Part shown: positions 1 to 12,711 of the stretch, piece after piece
Layout: each line of letters begins with the position of its first letter
Position numbering within the stretch: position 1 is the stretch's first letter
From: Nageia nagi
Lineage: Eukaryota; Plantae; Pinophyta
Length of the DNA: 64,000 nt
Assembly (NCBI GenBank): GCA_050084985.1
Contig: JBITNC010000002.1
Coordinates: forward strand, 26,164,001-26,228,000
Reading direction: 5' to 3'
Notes under the pieces: generated by a model
Seen by the model: the letters and a program-made list of their open reading frames with translations, nothing else
Databases searched by the model: none
Told to the model about the DNA's origin: nothing
Position numbers and translations under genes: made by a program

Positions 1-589
1 AATATCAAAAATACCCTTAGAGATAAAAATTAAAAGAAAACAAATACAATAATAAATATGGAATAAGAAAACCACTATTAAATTATAAATAATATAGTTT
101 ATATAATATATATACATATATATAAACTATTAGTAAAATATAAATATACAATTTCAATTAATAAAAATAAAATATTTAATACATTTTTATGTACATAATT
201 TGTAAAATATATTTATATTTTAATAAATTTTTTCTTAAATTAAATAATTTCACATAAAATTTACAAATTATATTTATAAGGGTATTTTTTAAATAGTTTG
301 ACTATTTTTTATGTAATTTAAAATGATAATATAAAAATATCTTTATAAAATACTATCATAATTTTATGTAATATCAAAAATATATATTATAATATAATTT
401 ATAAATTTTTTTATTTAATATTTATTTTTTTAATTTTTATTTATAAAAATATTTTTGATATTTTAAAAAAGTAAACGTATTTTTGATATTATGTGAAATT
501 ACAAAGGTTTTTTGGATATTTTATCCACTAAACATTACCACCGAAATAATCATAAGTATAAATTGAGAAATTGAAGCAATCTTGATATA

Positions 590-663
590 TGCTTCACTAT
601 TACCCTCTGCCTGGCGTTGGCTTTGACTGCGGGGGAGGAAGAATCGTTGGTTTTGAATAGCAG
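590..663 (+). other. Putative first 5'UTR exon of the MEE13-like host gene (start approximate)
   Basis: Follows a very AT-rich upstream tract (1-520); GC-richer segment ending in a strong donor CAG|GTGAGG at 663/664, followed by T-rich intron-like sequence. Confidence 0.4.
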
Positions 664-897
664 GTGAGGATTAAGTTCAACTATCAAATGAGCTGAGCTC
701 ACCAATTCATTCCCTCAAAATTCAAACGGTAAAAGCCTTTCCGGGTCCACTTTCACTATAATTCTAACCAAATATGGCCTCTACAAAGCCTCATTAACAT
801 TCTATGAAATCTGTTTCTCCACAGAGCAAATTTTCCAAATTTTTCAGTATAACGATGGGTTTAGTAAGTAGATTTGTGTTGTACTGTGTTTTTTCAG

Positions 898-929
898 CTG
901 GGATAAGCAGCGGATTTATCTATTCACAA
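898..929 (+). other. Putative second 5'UTR exon of the host gene
   Basis: Acceptor TGTGTTTTTTCAG ending 897 and donor CAA|GTAAGA at 930. Confidence 0.35.
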
Positions 930-1289
930 GTAAGAGATTCGTTAATTTTGTTTTTGTTTAGTTTCCCGAGAATTTAGGGCTTGTAGGGTTTGAACTTAAT
1001 TTTTAAGAATTTAGTGAAAAGTTGAAGTTAATTTAATGGAATTTGGTAAAACGATCCGGAGAAGTTACAGCTTTGCCCCAAAAATGCTTGACGTGATGCA
1101 ATGTATTCTGTTTTTGAATTTGATTGATATTAGTAAATATGTGGAGAGTTTTGAAATAAATTGTAGACATTGAAGAAGGGAAGGCTTCAAATCGTGGAAA
1201 TAATTCTTACTAGGCTGTAAGCTGATTATGTGTTATTGGAAAAGAATTGACCGAAGTTTATGAATATAATGGATGAAAATTTCCTTACA

Positions 1290-1965
1290 AACAATAAAAT
1301 GCTTCCATTTGATGTAGTTCCTGAACATTACTGTACATTGTACAATATATGCCGTATGCTGAATAACTTCGTACTTGGTCGTCAAATGTCTCACAATAAT
1401 AAGTTATGAGTTGATCATGCTGTGCCAAAAGAGGACCTCGCACATCATCAGATGCATTTCATAGTCTCTTTATCAGCTGTTGAAAAGACTTTTGCTGTGT
1501 ACTTGTCTATCCAGAAATACCCTTGCTTCTTTTTTGAACTAGCTGATTGAGAAGCCAAGAAATGTGAGAAAATCCTTGCACAAATCTGTGATACAAATTA
1601 GCCAATCCCAAGAAAATACAAAATTCTAGGATGTCTTTTGGAGCAGGCAATGCTGAATGACCTGGATCTTTTTTGGATCCACATGAATTCCTGTTTTGTC
1701 AACAATGTTGATCCTCAGTTTTTCTGAATTTGCTTACAAGTTATGTATGAGTGCCTGCAATACCTGCTCAATACGGGAACTGTATTCAACCCATGATCTC
1801 CTGTAAATCATAATGTCATCAACACTCACAACAGCAGCAGGATTATCATTAAGGGGATGAAGTATATAGTTCATTAGCTGTACAAGTGTAGCAAACTCAT
1901 TGGCAATATAACCACTCATACAAACCCACCTTAGCCTTGAATGCGGTCTTTTATACCTCAGATGG
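1290..1965 (-). pseudogene. Highly degenerate Ty3/gypsy reverse transcriptase-RNase H fragment
   Basis: Minus-strand translation gives KTAFKAKVGLYEW, LMNYILHPL...VVSVDDIMIYRRSWVE and DPKKIQVIQ, matching gypsy RT motifs (YxDD region). Confidence 0.75.
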
Positions 1966-2828
1966 TGAGCAGGAACTTTATGATAATTGGATTTTAGATC
2001 TTTTTAGGTGGAATCTTTGGCTGCACTAAGTTTTATAATTGAACTAGGACGAAAACAGAAATTGTATGAAAATTCCACATTTTTTCACAATAACAGTAAC
2101 CAATAGCAGCATGAGGAATATAATAGAGCAATTAACAATAGAACACCTTATGCATTTGTTGAATCTAGAGTAATTGAATACTAAAAGTTCACAATGAATA
2201 GTGATTAAGAGATCCAAGAATTGTTGACACTTTGAGAGGTAACCTATGAATTCATAATAATGATCATGCCTTCCTATTTATAAGTAATTATAGCCAATGC
2301 ACTAATCCCTATGCTCTATAGCCAACTATCTATGTGATAAGGCTAGAGCCAATGGAATTAAAGATAGAGGTGCACATCTTGGAATTAAAAGTTTTGAATC
2401 TTCCTTTCTTCATCAAGTTTTGGCACCTTGGTTTGTGATTGAAGCTTTCAATTAGTATATGTTTAAACCTTTGTTTGTGATTGAATCTTTCATTAGTATA
2501 TGTTTAAGACAAGAAACATGAAAGATAGGATGAATTTTTGAAGGTGTGAGTAGTTCTAGTTGGTATACGACCTAAGTTATCATGTTCGAGTTCAAGTTTG
2601 AGTTCGAATTCGACAAGCTTGAAATCCAATAAAATTCGACATGCCAAAAAATTCGGGATAAAATTCGGCATAAAATTCGATATGTTAAAAATGTACGTTT
2701 ATGATATCTCATTATGTTTAGTAGCAAAGAAACTAAAATAGAGACTCAAACCAAACAATATTCTTTTATTTAAAAACACAAAAACAAAGGTGAGAACAAA
2801 AAAACATTGAAGGTGAGAACACAAGAAT

Positions 2829-4860
2829 TCATTCTTGTTGTTCTCCCTGATAGCCACTTGTTACATCATCAAGCACATCCATATCATCAAGAGCACAAGG
2901 AGGGCTGATTGATTCATGCTTATTACTCTCATAACCAGGTTCAAATTCCACATCTTCATCATCTATGAGATATGAAACAGGTTCAAATGTTGGGGAACAA
3001 GAATTTTTTGATTCTTTGGCCACATTGAATATTGATAGTCGCAAGTTGCTACGAATGTAGACAAGATCTCTCAATTGTCCAGAACCCAACCTGTCCCTCT
3101 TCGTAGTATGAATCTGATCAAAACTGCTTCAATTTCTCTCACAAGCTGTTGCACTAGAACACTGGCTCAAAATTCGTAGTGCAAAATATTGTAGCTCAGG
3201 TGACTCCAAACCATGGAAATCCCACCACACTCCTGGTTCGATAATTGCTCTATCTTGCTTTGTTGCAAAAGACCCAATTATACCTTCTTTGTATTGTATG
3301 CCTTGAGTTGACCTCTTAGTTTTCTTGCATCATCGGGATTCGGAACCAACCTTTCAATCGTAGCATAAAGACCACCTATCACTTCTTTTTCATGGTTTCT
3401 TTTTAACCCAAATAGTCTAAGATCCAAATAACATCCATCATAATGCAAATCATTATTCATCATCTTCCATCTGTAGTCTACCATTTCCCATATATGTTTG
3501 TAGTCTTCTTCAACATCATTTAAAGCTTTTGTAATGGCCTCTTTGCAATTATCCATGCCCTCAGAGACAAACCCCATAGTAGGTTTATCACTCTTCACTT
3601 TTCTAAGCATATGCACTATTGGATCACGTATTTTTAAAACTTTTAAAGCACTATCCCAAAAAGTGGGATTCAAAATTGAAGATTCCACTTGTTTTCCTTT
3701 TGCAGATTTTGAAAGAGAACTTCTTTCCCATTCTTCATGACAAACAACATGTTTTGATGTTGTGGTTTTTGATCAACAACCCTTTGTAAAATGATATGAA
3801 ATGTTACAAACCTTGTATCACAAGGCTTCAAAAGTTCTTTAGATGCTTTTTCTCTGTAGAGGTTCAATGTGAGATGATGGTTGAATATGAAGGTGGCAAT
3901 TGTTTTTGCCCTTAGAACCACCTCATGAACCCATGCAAGCTTTGCTAAATCATGAAGAAGCAAATCAATGCAGTGAGCATCACATGGAGTCCAATAAATT
4001 GTTGGAAACTTCTCCATGACCATCTTTCCAGCACCTACACAATTTGTAGCATTATCTGTTACAATTTGGACAACATTTTCTAGTTCAACTTCAACTATGG
4101 CTTCATCTAAAATTTTGAAAATTTATTCTAATGTTTTGACGACCTTCATTGCATCAATAACCTTTAAGAACTCTACACCTTGAGGACATGACACCAACAC
4201 ATTAATCAAAGGCTTATGACGTATGTTTGACCAACCATCAGTCATAATGGTACAACTTGTATGACTTCAAGACTCTTTGATTGAGGACAACTTATTGGTT
4301 ATCTTTTCCTTTGCTCTTTGGAGAAGAGTACCTCACAACACTCCAAACCGAGGTGGTTTATATCCTTTACCATACTCTACATTTTTTTTGACAGCATTGG
4401 TAAAATAAGGATTATTTGCTACATTAAAAGAAATGGCACATACATAAAATGCATCAGCCCATGCATCATCAACTTCTTGTTTTTCAACCAATTTCCAAAG
4501 GTTATTCAATGTCTCAACCCCACTTGAACTTGGACTTGGCCTAATAGTTGAAGATTGAACAAAAGAAAACATAGAAATCTCCCTTTCTACCACCTTTTAC
4601 CTCTTTCCTAGGAGTTTATCTTTGTTTTTTTTTGAAGCTTGGCGTTCCTTTTCAATTTTTTCTTTTAATTCCGAAGTTATTTTCTTACAACCCTCTACAC
4701 CACCTCTTCGACCATTGCTTTAGGAAAGTAAATGGTCTACAACTCGTGTCAACGAGCTTGTGAATTTATGACCACATAGTTAACAAATTAATTTGTTCCC
4801 AGCATTAGGTTCTTTTCTCATATATTTCCAAGCTTTTGCATTTGATTTTTGGGGTGCCAT
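2829..4860 (-). pseudogene. hAT transposase (BED zinc finger, DUF659, hAT dimerisation domain), frameshifted with stops
   Basis: MAPQKSNAKAWKY..C..CGH (BED), DDAWADAFYVCAISFNVANNPYF, IYWTPCDAHCIDLLLHDL, DKPTMGFV, RDLVYIRSNLRL across ORFs 4333-4593, 3670-4023, 3278-3688, 2829-3089. Confidence 0.92.
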
Positions 4861-4904
4861 TGCTTACTTTCCTGCAAAAAAAAAAAAAAATTCACTTAAT
4901 TTTA

Positions 4905-5335
4905 CTTTCTACAATTAAATATAATTAAAATTTAAAAACAAAATTTAAAATTAAAACAAATTTAATTTAAAAATAGAATTAAAATTAAAACAAATTTAAA
5001 TTAAAAGAGAATTAAAATAGAATTTAAAACTAAAACAAATTTAAATTAAAACAGAATATAATATTAAAAATTTAATTAAAACAGAATATAAAATTAAAAA
5101 TTAAATTAAAACAAATTAAATTAAAACAAAATTTAAAATAAATTAAAACAGATCTAAATTAAAACAAAATTAGAAATAAAACAAATTTAAATTAAAAATA
5201 AATTTAAAATTAAAACAAATTTAAATTAAAACATAATTTAAAATTAAAACACATTTAAATTAAAACACTATAAAATAAAAACAGAAATTAAAATAAAAAC
5301 AGAATTTATATCAAAAACTATTTAAATTAAAGTTT
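4905..5335. repeat. AT-rich ~16-17 bp minisatellite (AAATTAAAACAAATTT-like) inside the predicted hAT 5'UTR intron 4872-5383
   Basis: Repeated TTAAAACAAATTTAAA units; minus-strand donor CAG|GTACT at 5383 and acceptor T-tract-GCAG at 4872. Confidence 0.75.
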
Positions 5336-6890
5336 AGTAAAGCCGACTCAAGTTAAAGTAAAAAATAATATCAAAATTAGTACCTGCAGGCTGCGGAGGA
5401 AACACAGAGTCTTGGGCAGAGCGGGATGGCAAATAGAGAACACCAACGTAGAGGGTACAAGGGAAAACACCAGGCAGCCAGAGCAGAGGGAAAACAGCAG
5501 CACGAAGGGCAAACACCATGCAACTGCAAAAGACCAGTGAGGAGTGCGAGTTCGAAAGTCCGGAAGGGCATAGCCGACTATGTTTCTCTGCCAAATTCCC
5601 ATGATTCTCTGCCACAATGTAGCAGACTTCAATTGGCAGACCGTAGCACCAGACCTTAACAGCTAGCAGGCATCCGCAGGGACCAGGAGGGAGGAGGGAG
5701 ATATGTGATTTAGAGATGGTCAAGGCCTTGAGGGTTATTTTATAGTTTTCCCACGCTAGACCTTAATAATTTCCCACGCCAATTTCCCGCCATCAGAAAT
5801 TGCCAGACACGTTAGAATGTCTATGTAGACATTCACACAAAAAAATGTGCCGAATATTCGACAAATTTGAAAGAGGGCTTTCAAATTCGCCAGAATCGAA
5901 TTTTTTGCTTCAAATTCAGCGAATATGATAACTTAGTATACGACTTTGCCAATTTTAAATGCAGTGTATGGATTGTAGAACTTTGGTGCCAATTTTTTTT
6001 TTGGTTTTTTCTTTTAAGGATGTTTGTTTGTATGGTTGGAGTCGTAGAAACACTGTATCACCTTCCTTGAAGCTTCTTTCCATTTTGTGTTGGTCCACCT
6101 ATTGTTTTTGTAGTTTTGGGTTTGGTCAAGATTGTATTGCTATGCTAATCTTGGAGACTGCAAGAAATAATACACAAATAGGAACGGGGCCACCAAAACA
6201 ATTGTAAGTACTTCACCTGCAAATTTTACTAACAACTTGAGAAGGTTGATTGAGCTCTCATTTCACAGATTTCTTGAAATGATGACACTATACTAGAATT
6301 AGGGTTTATTTTCTTTTCCTAGAAATAAGGGTAAAAATATTTAATTGCTTAAGGACTACTTACTCTAATGGCATAATTAACTAGAAATGAATATTTAAGT
6401 AATAGCAATACCTTTTATACCTGATAAAGTGTGTTGTGTCTAGATACATAACATCCACCTTGGAAAGCTTTGTCCCCAAAGCCAGTAGAAATTCCCAATT
6501 TAAGCAGGGCTAGCTTGGAGGATAATTGGGATGGGTTACCAAAAGTGATATTTGGATATTGCTCCCTTTTACACAAGTTATTATGATTTTTTTCCACAAG
6601 AGAATTGGGGCCTAAAACCTCACAAATACTTCACACTAACAAACAACATCCTAATTGGACAAGAAACACTTAGCTTATTGGAATAGATCCATTGTAGATG
6701 TGATTTTAAAAAAAATTCTTTTGCCTTTCATAACCTTGGTAGGCCTCAATGGACCTCCATGAAATTCTTGTTTTCCCATGTTGCATGCTCCATTGGAAAA
6801 TTCCTCACTTTATCTTGTACTTCTTGACCACCTTTGCTTCAATGATGTTGAATGTGCTCTTAGTATTTATGAAAACTAATGCCTTAATTC

Positions 6891-8256
6891 CAGTGTTCCA
6901 TGGGGATGTGTTCCCCCTCTTGGAGGAGGCATTCCTGCGTTTTGGGAACTTGGGAATGCTTGGGGAATGTTTCCCAGCCGTTCCTGGAACATCTTCCAGG
7001 GTAGGGAATTGTTCCGCAATTTGGGAATGACCAAGGAATGCCCAACCATCCTCGGGAACAAGATAGGGAATTTTCTAAGTTCCTTAATCGTTCTCGAGGA
7101 CATCCGACGTTCTGACACAATTCTAGGTAGATATAGACAGAAAAACAAAAAAAATAGCATGCAACTTTAAAAAAACACTTAAAATGCATGGGATGGGACC
7201 CACCAATGTTTCCACCCCCTTTAACCTTAAAAGCATCTTATAAACTCCATCCAAAAGTGATTTTGTATTCCTCATTCATTGCATGTAGCCAGGAGATTAA
7301 AAACAATAGTTACAAGAAAAAGACTGCAGTAGAAGAAAAAGACAGCAATGAGGAGAAAGAGAGCAAGGAGGAGGAGACAATAGTGTAGAGGACAACCAAG
7401 GAGGAGGAGAAACACAAGCACAACCCAAGGTTTTTTTTTTGATTCACTACTTGTTTAGTTTACTTGTTTCTTTAAAAAAATCCAAGATGAGTGATATTGA
7501 GAATCAAAATCAAAACTATGAGTCAAAATTTGAAATGGGGGGTGAAAATGTGCAAGGAAAAAAAGGAAACATAGTCGTGGCATTAAACTTGCAACAAAAA
7601 GAGAGAGTTCCTGCAGTGGCAACTTTTTTTATGCACATGGCTTGGCTTTTCATCTTGCACACTCACCTTACTTCAAGAATGCATTTGAGGAAGTAAGGTT
7701 GGCTAGTCTAAAGGAGGCAGACCAACATGAGGTTGATGATGATGATGCAAACAAGGCGATGTTTGGATAGCCATTTTATACTCTTCAGTTGGATGATTAG
7801 GGCAACTCATTAGATAGCTCAACAAATGAGGAGGATACACCACCATTAGCACTTGAACCTATAGAGCGATAGTTGTTATTTTAGCATTTTCATTTTGTTA
7901 TACTTATTTCACTAATTTACATATTCATATCAATGCCCATTCTATGTATTTGATTCAGACCTAATGACATTATGATTCAAATTATCCTATCAAATATACG
8001 ATTAGATATTGAATTTCTACTTTCAATTCCAAGTTTTCAATTTGTATGCATGATTGTATTGATAATATGAAATATCATATGAATATTATAATAATAATGA
8101 ATTGGAAACAGTAAAATCTAAAAAATTTGAAAATTTTGATAATTTTTAATAGTATTATACTTGTTCCTTGACATTCCTCAAAAATGACCCTCTACGTTCC
8201 CCCGTTCATGGATACATGTTCCCCCATATCCTTGTTCTTTGGCCTTGTGGAACATG
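6891..8256 (+). mobile_element. Internally deleted hAT element
   Basis: Ends CAGTGTTCCA / TGGAACATG, subterminal GGGAA/TTCCC motifs, DUF659-like remnant AVATFF-YAHGLAFHLAHSPYFKNAFEEV at ~7610-7695; no TSD recognised. Confidence 0.65.
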
Positions 8257-8924
8257 AAAATTTGGATTTTTGATTCCTTGTTTAGGATTTCATGGTTGTT
8301 TGGGGTTAATAAAGTGGCATTTTACCCTTCTTATGTCTCCCGTTTTTGATATTGCATAATAGTACCTCTTTGCTTGAGGAACCCAACAATATTTTCTTAT
8401 AGCTTCAAAATGTGTCTTTTTTGTTCCCAGCCGTTGAAATTTCAGCTTGTAGAATTTGACCTAAATTTTCTTACCTCTGAGTGAATTTCAATTCTTAGAT
8501 TTGAAATGTAGATACTATGCGCTATCCTTGTAGAAACTTGGACTTTGATTGCAAAATCTGAAATTTATTTGCGTACTCTTTTGCTTATAAATCTCTTCGA
8601 TAAAAATGCATGGGCTGAAATTCATAGGGCTCATCAATTGTAGTAGCCATGTGCGTCAAAGCATTTGCGATTTACCCAAAGTTGTCTCATTGGTTATTTG
8701 AGGTACATTTTTCTCCTCATGTATGGGTTCTCCTATCTAGATGTTGCAAGGCTACATTTAGCTTATCTTCTTTGGATTTGCTGGACTTTGAATGCTAATG
8801 TAATTTTGGTCAACAATTCATGCACCTCCACATCCCCTTATGTTTTTTTTGGGAACTAGTCCTACCCTTGGAAGGTTTTTTGTCTCTAGCTTTTTGAAGA
8901 TTTTGTTTTTTATTGTAGAGAAAG

Positions 8925-9470
8925 AAAGAAAAAATTCTATTAATGTCCACAGATGACCAAAAGTGGTCAATGGGACTGTGAAGTACAACTATATGTTGCA
9001 ACATGTGAGGCCTAGAAGGGCTCTCACTACAAGAAAACAAACTAAGAAGAACAATACATAAGTGCAATAGAAGGGCTAGACCCTAAAGAAAAAAATAACA
9101 CATAAACGAATAATAGAACTAAGTAGCCAAGATCAATTAGGATGTGGTAACTAGGGCTTCGTCAATGCTAGTGGGGTTAAAGAAGGATGTGATCTGCTAA
9201 GATAGTTGAGGCATAGGATGAGCGCATAATCACTTCTTGGTGCGCCGGGTAGGTGGAGGAGGACAATCTCTCATCCTCCTATGCGCTCCCTCGCTTGACA
9301 AAGGCTGAAAAAATGAGGTAATTAGGTGGTCCCCTATCAAGTGTTGAGTGTCAAATAAAAGAGGTTTCCTGAGAAGGAATGCCTCTCTGATATACTTAAT
9401 GCTTGGGGTTAGGATCATGATAGCCAAGTAGACTCGAGCTTTGATTAGGATGGTGTGGATTAGACTCAAT
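8925..9470 (-). mobile_element. Probable 5'-truncated non-LTR (LINE-like) 3' end, copy 1
   Basis: Homologous to 42640-43180: shared terminal stem-loop and ORF tail (..TQHL..DH.ITSFFQ..S.E); no LTR or TIR. Confidence 0.55.
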
Positions 9471-9899
9471 TTGTTTCATAAATTTTCTCAGAAATGAGAT
9501 GGGGGAAAAATAATGTAGTGTTTAGAGGGATCATGTTTTATTTGGTAGATGTTTGAAAATCACAACTTAATCCAAAGTGTAAGCTGAATGTATTAAGACC
9601 ATTTATAAATATAAATTGTGAAATATTTGCATGTTCCGTCCTCGAGATTTTTTTGTCTTTATTTTATATAACGAAAGAATTAAAATTATCCTAAAACTAA
9701 GGTCAAATGGAGATTTGGGGATGAGTTTTAGTCATGGAAGGATATTGAAATTCTAACTTTTAAACCAAGTTTGAAATTCAAAATTTGAATTAGTGAATTC
9801 ATAGTATTGTGAAAACATTATAAATTAGAAACTTGAATTCTCATACCTAAGGCATAGACAAAATCAAGATCTGAGCAAATAACATCAACATGTAAATGA

Positions 9900-11150
9900 T
9901 CATATGATGTAATCACTAAGGTTTGAATGTCATAATTAAAATCTAAAATCAATGATTTCAAATCATGCAATAACCACTATGGCACCATTGGCACATGTGG
10001 GAGTGTGCCTCCATCATCATCTTAGCTATCACCCTTTTGAATCTTGTCATCAAGATGAAGATCATCTATTGCCACTCCAACCAAGCCCAACGAATCCTCA
10101 TCCTCGTCAAATTGCTTGGCATCCTTAGGATCAACATCTTACTTTGCACTTTGGTTCAACTTTCTTTTGGAGGTGAAGGGACCCATGTACTACAATTAGC
10201 TTTTTTGCCCTTTGAGAGATAAGCCTATTTCTCCTCGTACTATGGATGAAGTTGTACGTTGATCAATTCCTATTAGTAGGAGAGCAATTAGCAACCTCAG
10301 ATTGGAGCCTCACTGCAAGATGATAAAAGTTTAGTGCATCCTTCCAATAAAGTTGCTACCATCCAAGAGGATCCTTTTGGGCAATGGTAGCCCTGCGCTC
10401 TCTACACTTTGGTTGGCTAAAAGCAAGGCCTTTCAAATTCCCAAATTTCAGCCGCTCTTCTCGAAGTGTTTTTTCCTCCTCCTTCGAGTACATCTTTCAA
10501 AGAGCACCCAAGAACCCTTCACTAACCTCATCATCATCATTAGTAGGCACTCTCCAATATTAGGTGCATACTATTTGGGGTTAACTATATATGTTGCCAT
10601 ATGAAGAGGGGTGTTCATCCTTTCCCATCTTCCTTGAATAATAGGCTTGATTTGCTTGTGATTGAAGTGCATTTGAGGCTCTTTATCCTTAATAATTTTT
10701 TTCATTTGCCCCAACATGTTAGCAAAGGCCCCATATTTCTCTTGGGTTAGGAGTCTTTGTATCATCATATCTAATAGCAAGAACAAGAAGGAAAATGAAG
10801 AACACAATGTACCTGCAAGAAATATAAGACTCAAAATTATTTTAAATAATAATTTAATTTACCTCACTTGAGACTACTAATTCTTTGCAAGAGTAACTCA
10901 TTTCTTGCCTCCATTGAAGATACAGAGGGGGGGGGGGGGGGGGGGGGGGGGGGGAGGGGTTGAGGTTTTTGAGGAGTAAAATGTCTCAAATTACAAATAG
11001 GCACATAATTTACTTGAAATGACTCTTAGCACACCTAGAGGTGTGACGTCTACCCTTGGAGTGCTCAATTTCTAGTTTTTGCACTTGCAGAATGAGGCTT
11101 CCAACATCATAGGGTGGAAATATGATTTTTATGTGTCCCTTAGACACCTA
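9900..11150 (-). mobile_element. Degenerate, internally deleted hAT element (boundaries approximate)
   Basis: IIQGRWERMNTPLHMATYIVNPK and dimerisation remnant STYNFIHSTRRNRL; contains a G28 run at 10927-10954. Confidence 0.7.
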
Positions 11151-11959
11151 CTTTTACAAAAATAATAAAATATCCCTAATTGCTAGAAAATTACAATGGA
11201 GAGGAGTGTCCCACTTAATTTGGCACATAGAAATGGATCGCCTTAATTTTGGAATATACATTCAATAGTTGGATGGCCCAAGACTCTATAGTTTCCCTCT
11301 CAAACGAGCCTATTTGTTTTTGTTATCTCCATTTGGTTCATCCCTTTACGACCCTTATCTCGAACCTTGATGTATTTTTGAGATGTGACCCTTGTAAAGC
11401 TGCTTCTAAACACTCTTTTGCAAATGTGTTATTGATATTTTCTTGTCCAATGCTCTTTTTTGTCAAGGTTTGTGACAAATTGAAAGGGTTTTTTTTTTGG
11501 GATGAAATGACCCCATTGCGTATCTTTTAGACAAGCTAAGGGGCTTGGAAATTGGTTTTCTTGACTGTTTTTACTGCCCCCTTCTAAAGGTTGGCATTAT
11601 GGTTGGCTTGAAGAAATGTGATCTTCAACATTAACATTTTTCTTTACTCCAATATCGTTTGATTCATACTCTTCATTGCGCTCATTTTGAAGTTTGATAA
11701 AAAAAAAGCTATAAAAATGAGACTTTGCAAGGTAAAGAAACTTTACAACCCAAACCCCTCCGTGTTGGTGATCCTTGAATGAGATTGGGCCTTGCTATTG
11801 CTATTTCCTCTTGAATGGGCATGGTTCAATTCTCTTGCTTGTTGTTTTTGTCTTCTACTTGGTTGTTGTTTTAACCTTTCCTTTGTCATTATGGTTCAAG
11901 CTTTAGGAAGATGTACCCTTGGAAGCCCAAAGAGAATAGACGAAGAAACATTGCAATTA

Positions 11960-12711
11960 TTTTGGGTGTGATTCTCTCCCTATAGTTTACCTTGGAAAGC
12001 TGCTATTTATAGGTGCTTGTAAGAATAGTGTTTGGGACTTTTATTGGACAAACTTCAACGAAAACTAGTTGGTTGGAAAGAGACACTTTTAAGTCAAGCA
12101 GCTAAATTACAGTTACTTAAAAAAGCACTTTCCAATCTCTTCCCATTTACATTCTTTGTGCTTAAAATCACTATAAAAATTGCAAATAAAAAACAAAGTA
12201 TCTGAAAAAGATTCTTATGATGTGGACTAGAAGAGAAAAGTAGAATCCCACTTGTTGCATGGGTGAAAGTTTGTAAACCTAAATCATGTTGAGGCTTGGG
12301 TTTAAGAAGGATAAGAACTTTAAACAAAGTTTTGGTTGGATAGATAAGATGAAGGATTATCAAAAAGGGAGATTCAATGTGGTCTAGAATCTTTAAAGTC
12401 TAAAAGCTTAAATATTTGGGACAACAATGATCCGAAAAGGCTTGTGACTACCCGAAGATCCTTGTAAGGGCTCCTCTTTATGGGATCACATCATAAAAAG
12501 TAGGGTAGTTCTTTGGAAGGGTATTAGGTGGAAAGTTAGAAGGGTACTAAAGTGCATTTTTGGAAAGATGCTTGGATGGATATTATCCTTTGTGTAAAGA
12601 CAACAAACTCTCGACAATTAGAAACGAGTTGGAAATGCAGTATGGGTGTATGGTTCAAGATTTTATTGAAAGAAAGGAATCAAGTGTAGGATGGAAAAAT
12701 TTTAAATGTAG
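11960..12711 (+). mobile_element. L1 LINE ORF2 remnant, segment 1 (RT C-terminal part)
   Basis: YLGKLLFIG..LDKLQRKLVGWKETLLSQAAKLQL..RIPLVAWVKVCKPK..GLGLR, typical of plant L1 ORF2. Confidence 0.85.

Larger units (their letters stand above)
2572..5936 (-). mobile_element. Full-length but defective hAT DNA transposon
   Basis: TIRs CTAAGTTATCATGTTCG (2572) and CGAATATGATAACTTAG (ends 5936); perfect 8-bp TSD TATACGAC at 2564-2571 and 5937-5944. Confidence 0.95.
2400..6150 (-). mobile_element. Ty3/gypsy integrase C-terminal remnant split by the hAT insertion (boundaries approximate)
   Basis: VDQHKMERSFKEGDTVFLRLQPYKQTSLK at ~6010-6095 resumes as YQLELLTPSKIHPIFHVSCLK at ~2505-2566 on the other side of the hAT. 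Confidence 0.7.

Noticed and set aside
8280-8420. Tiny copia RT-like remnant (KKTHFEA) on the minus strand
   Set aside because: Too short and degenerate to call
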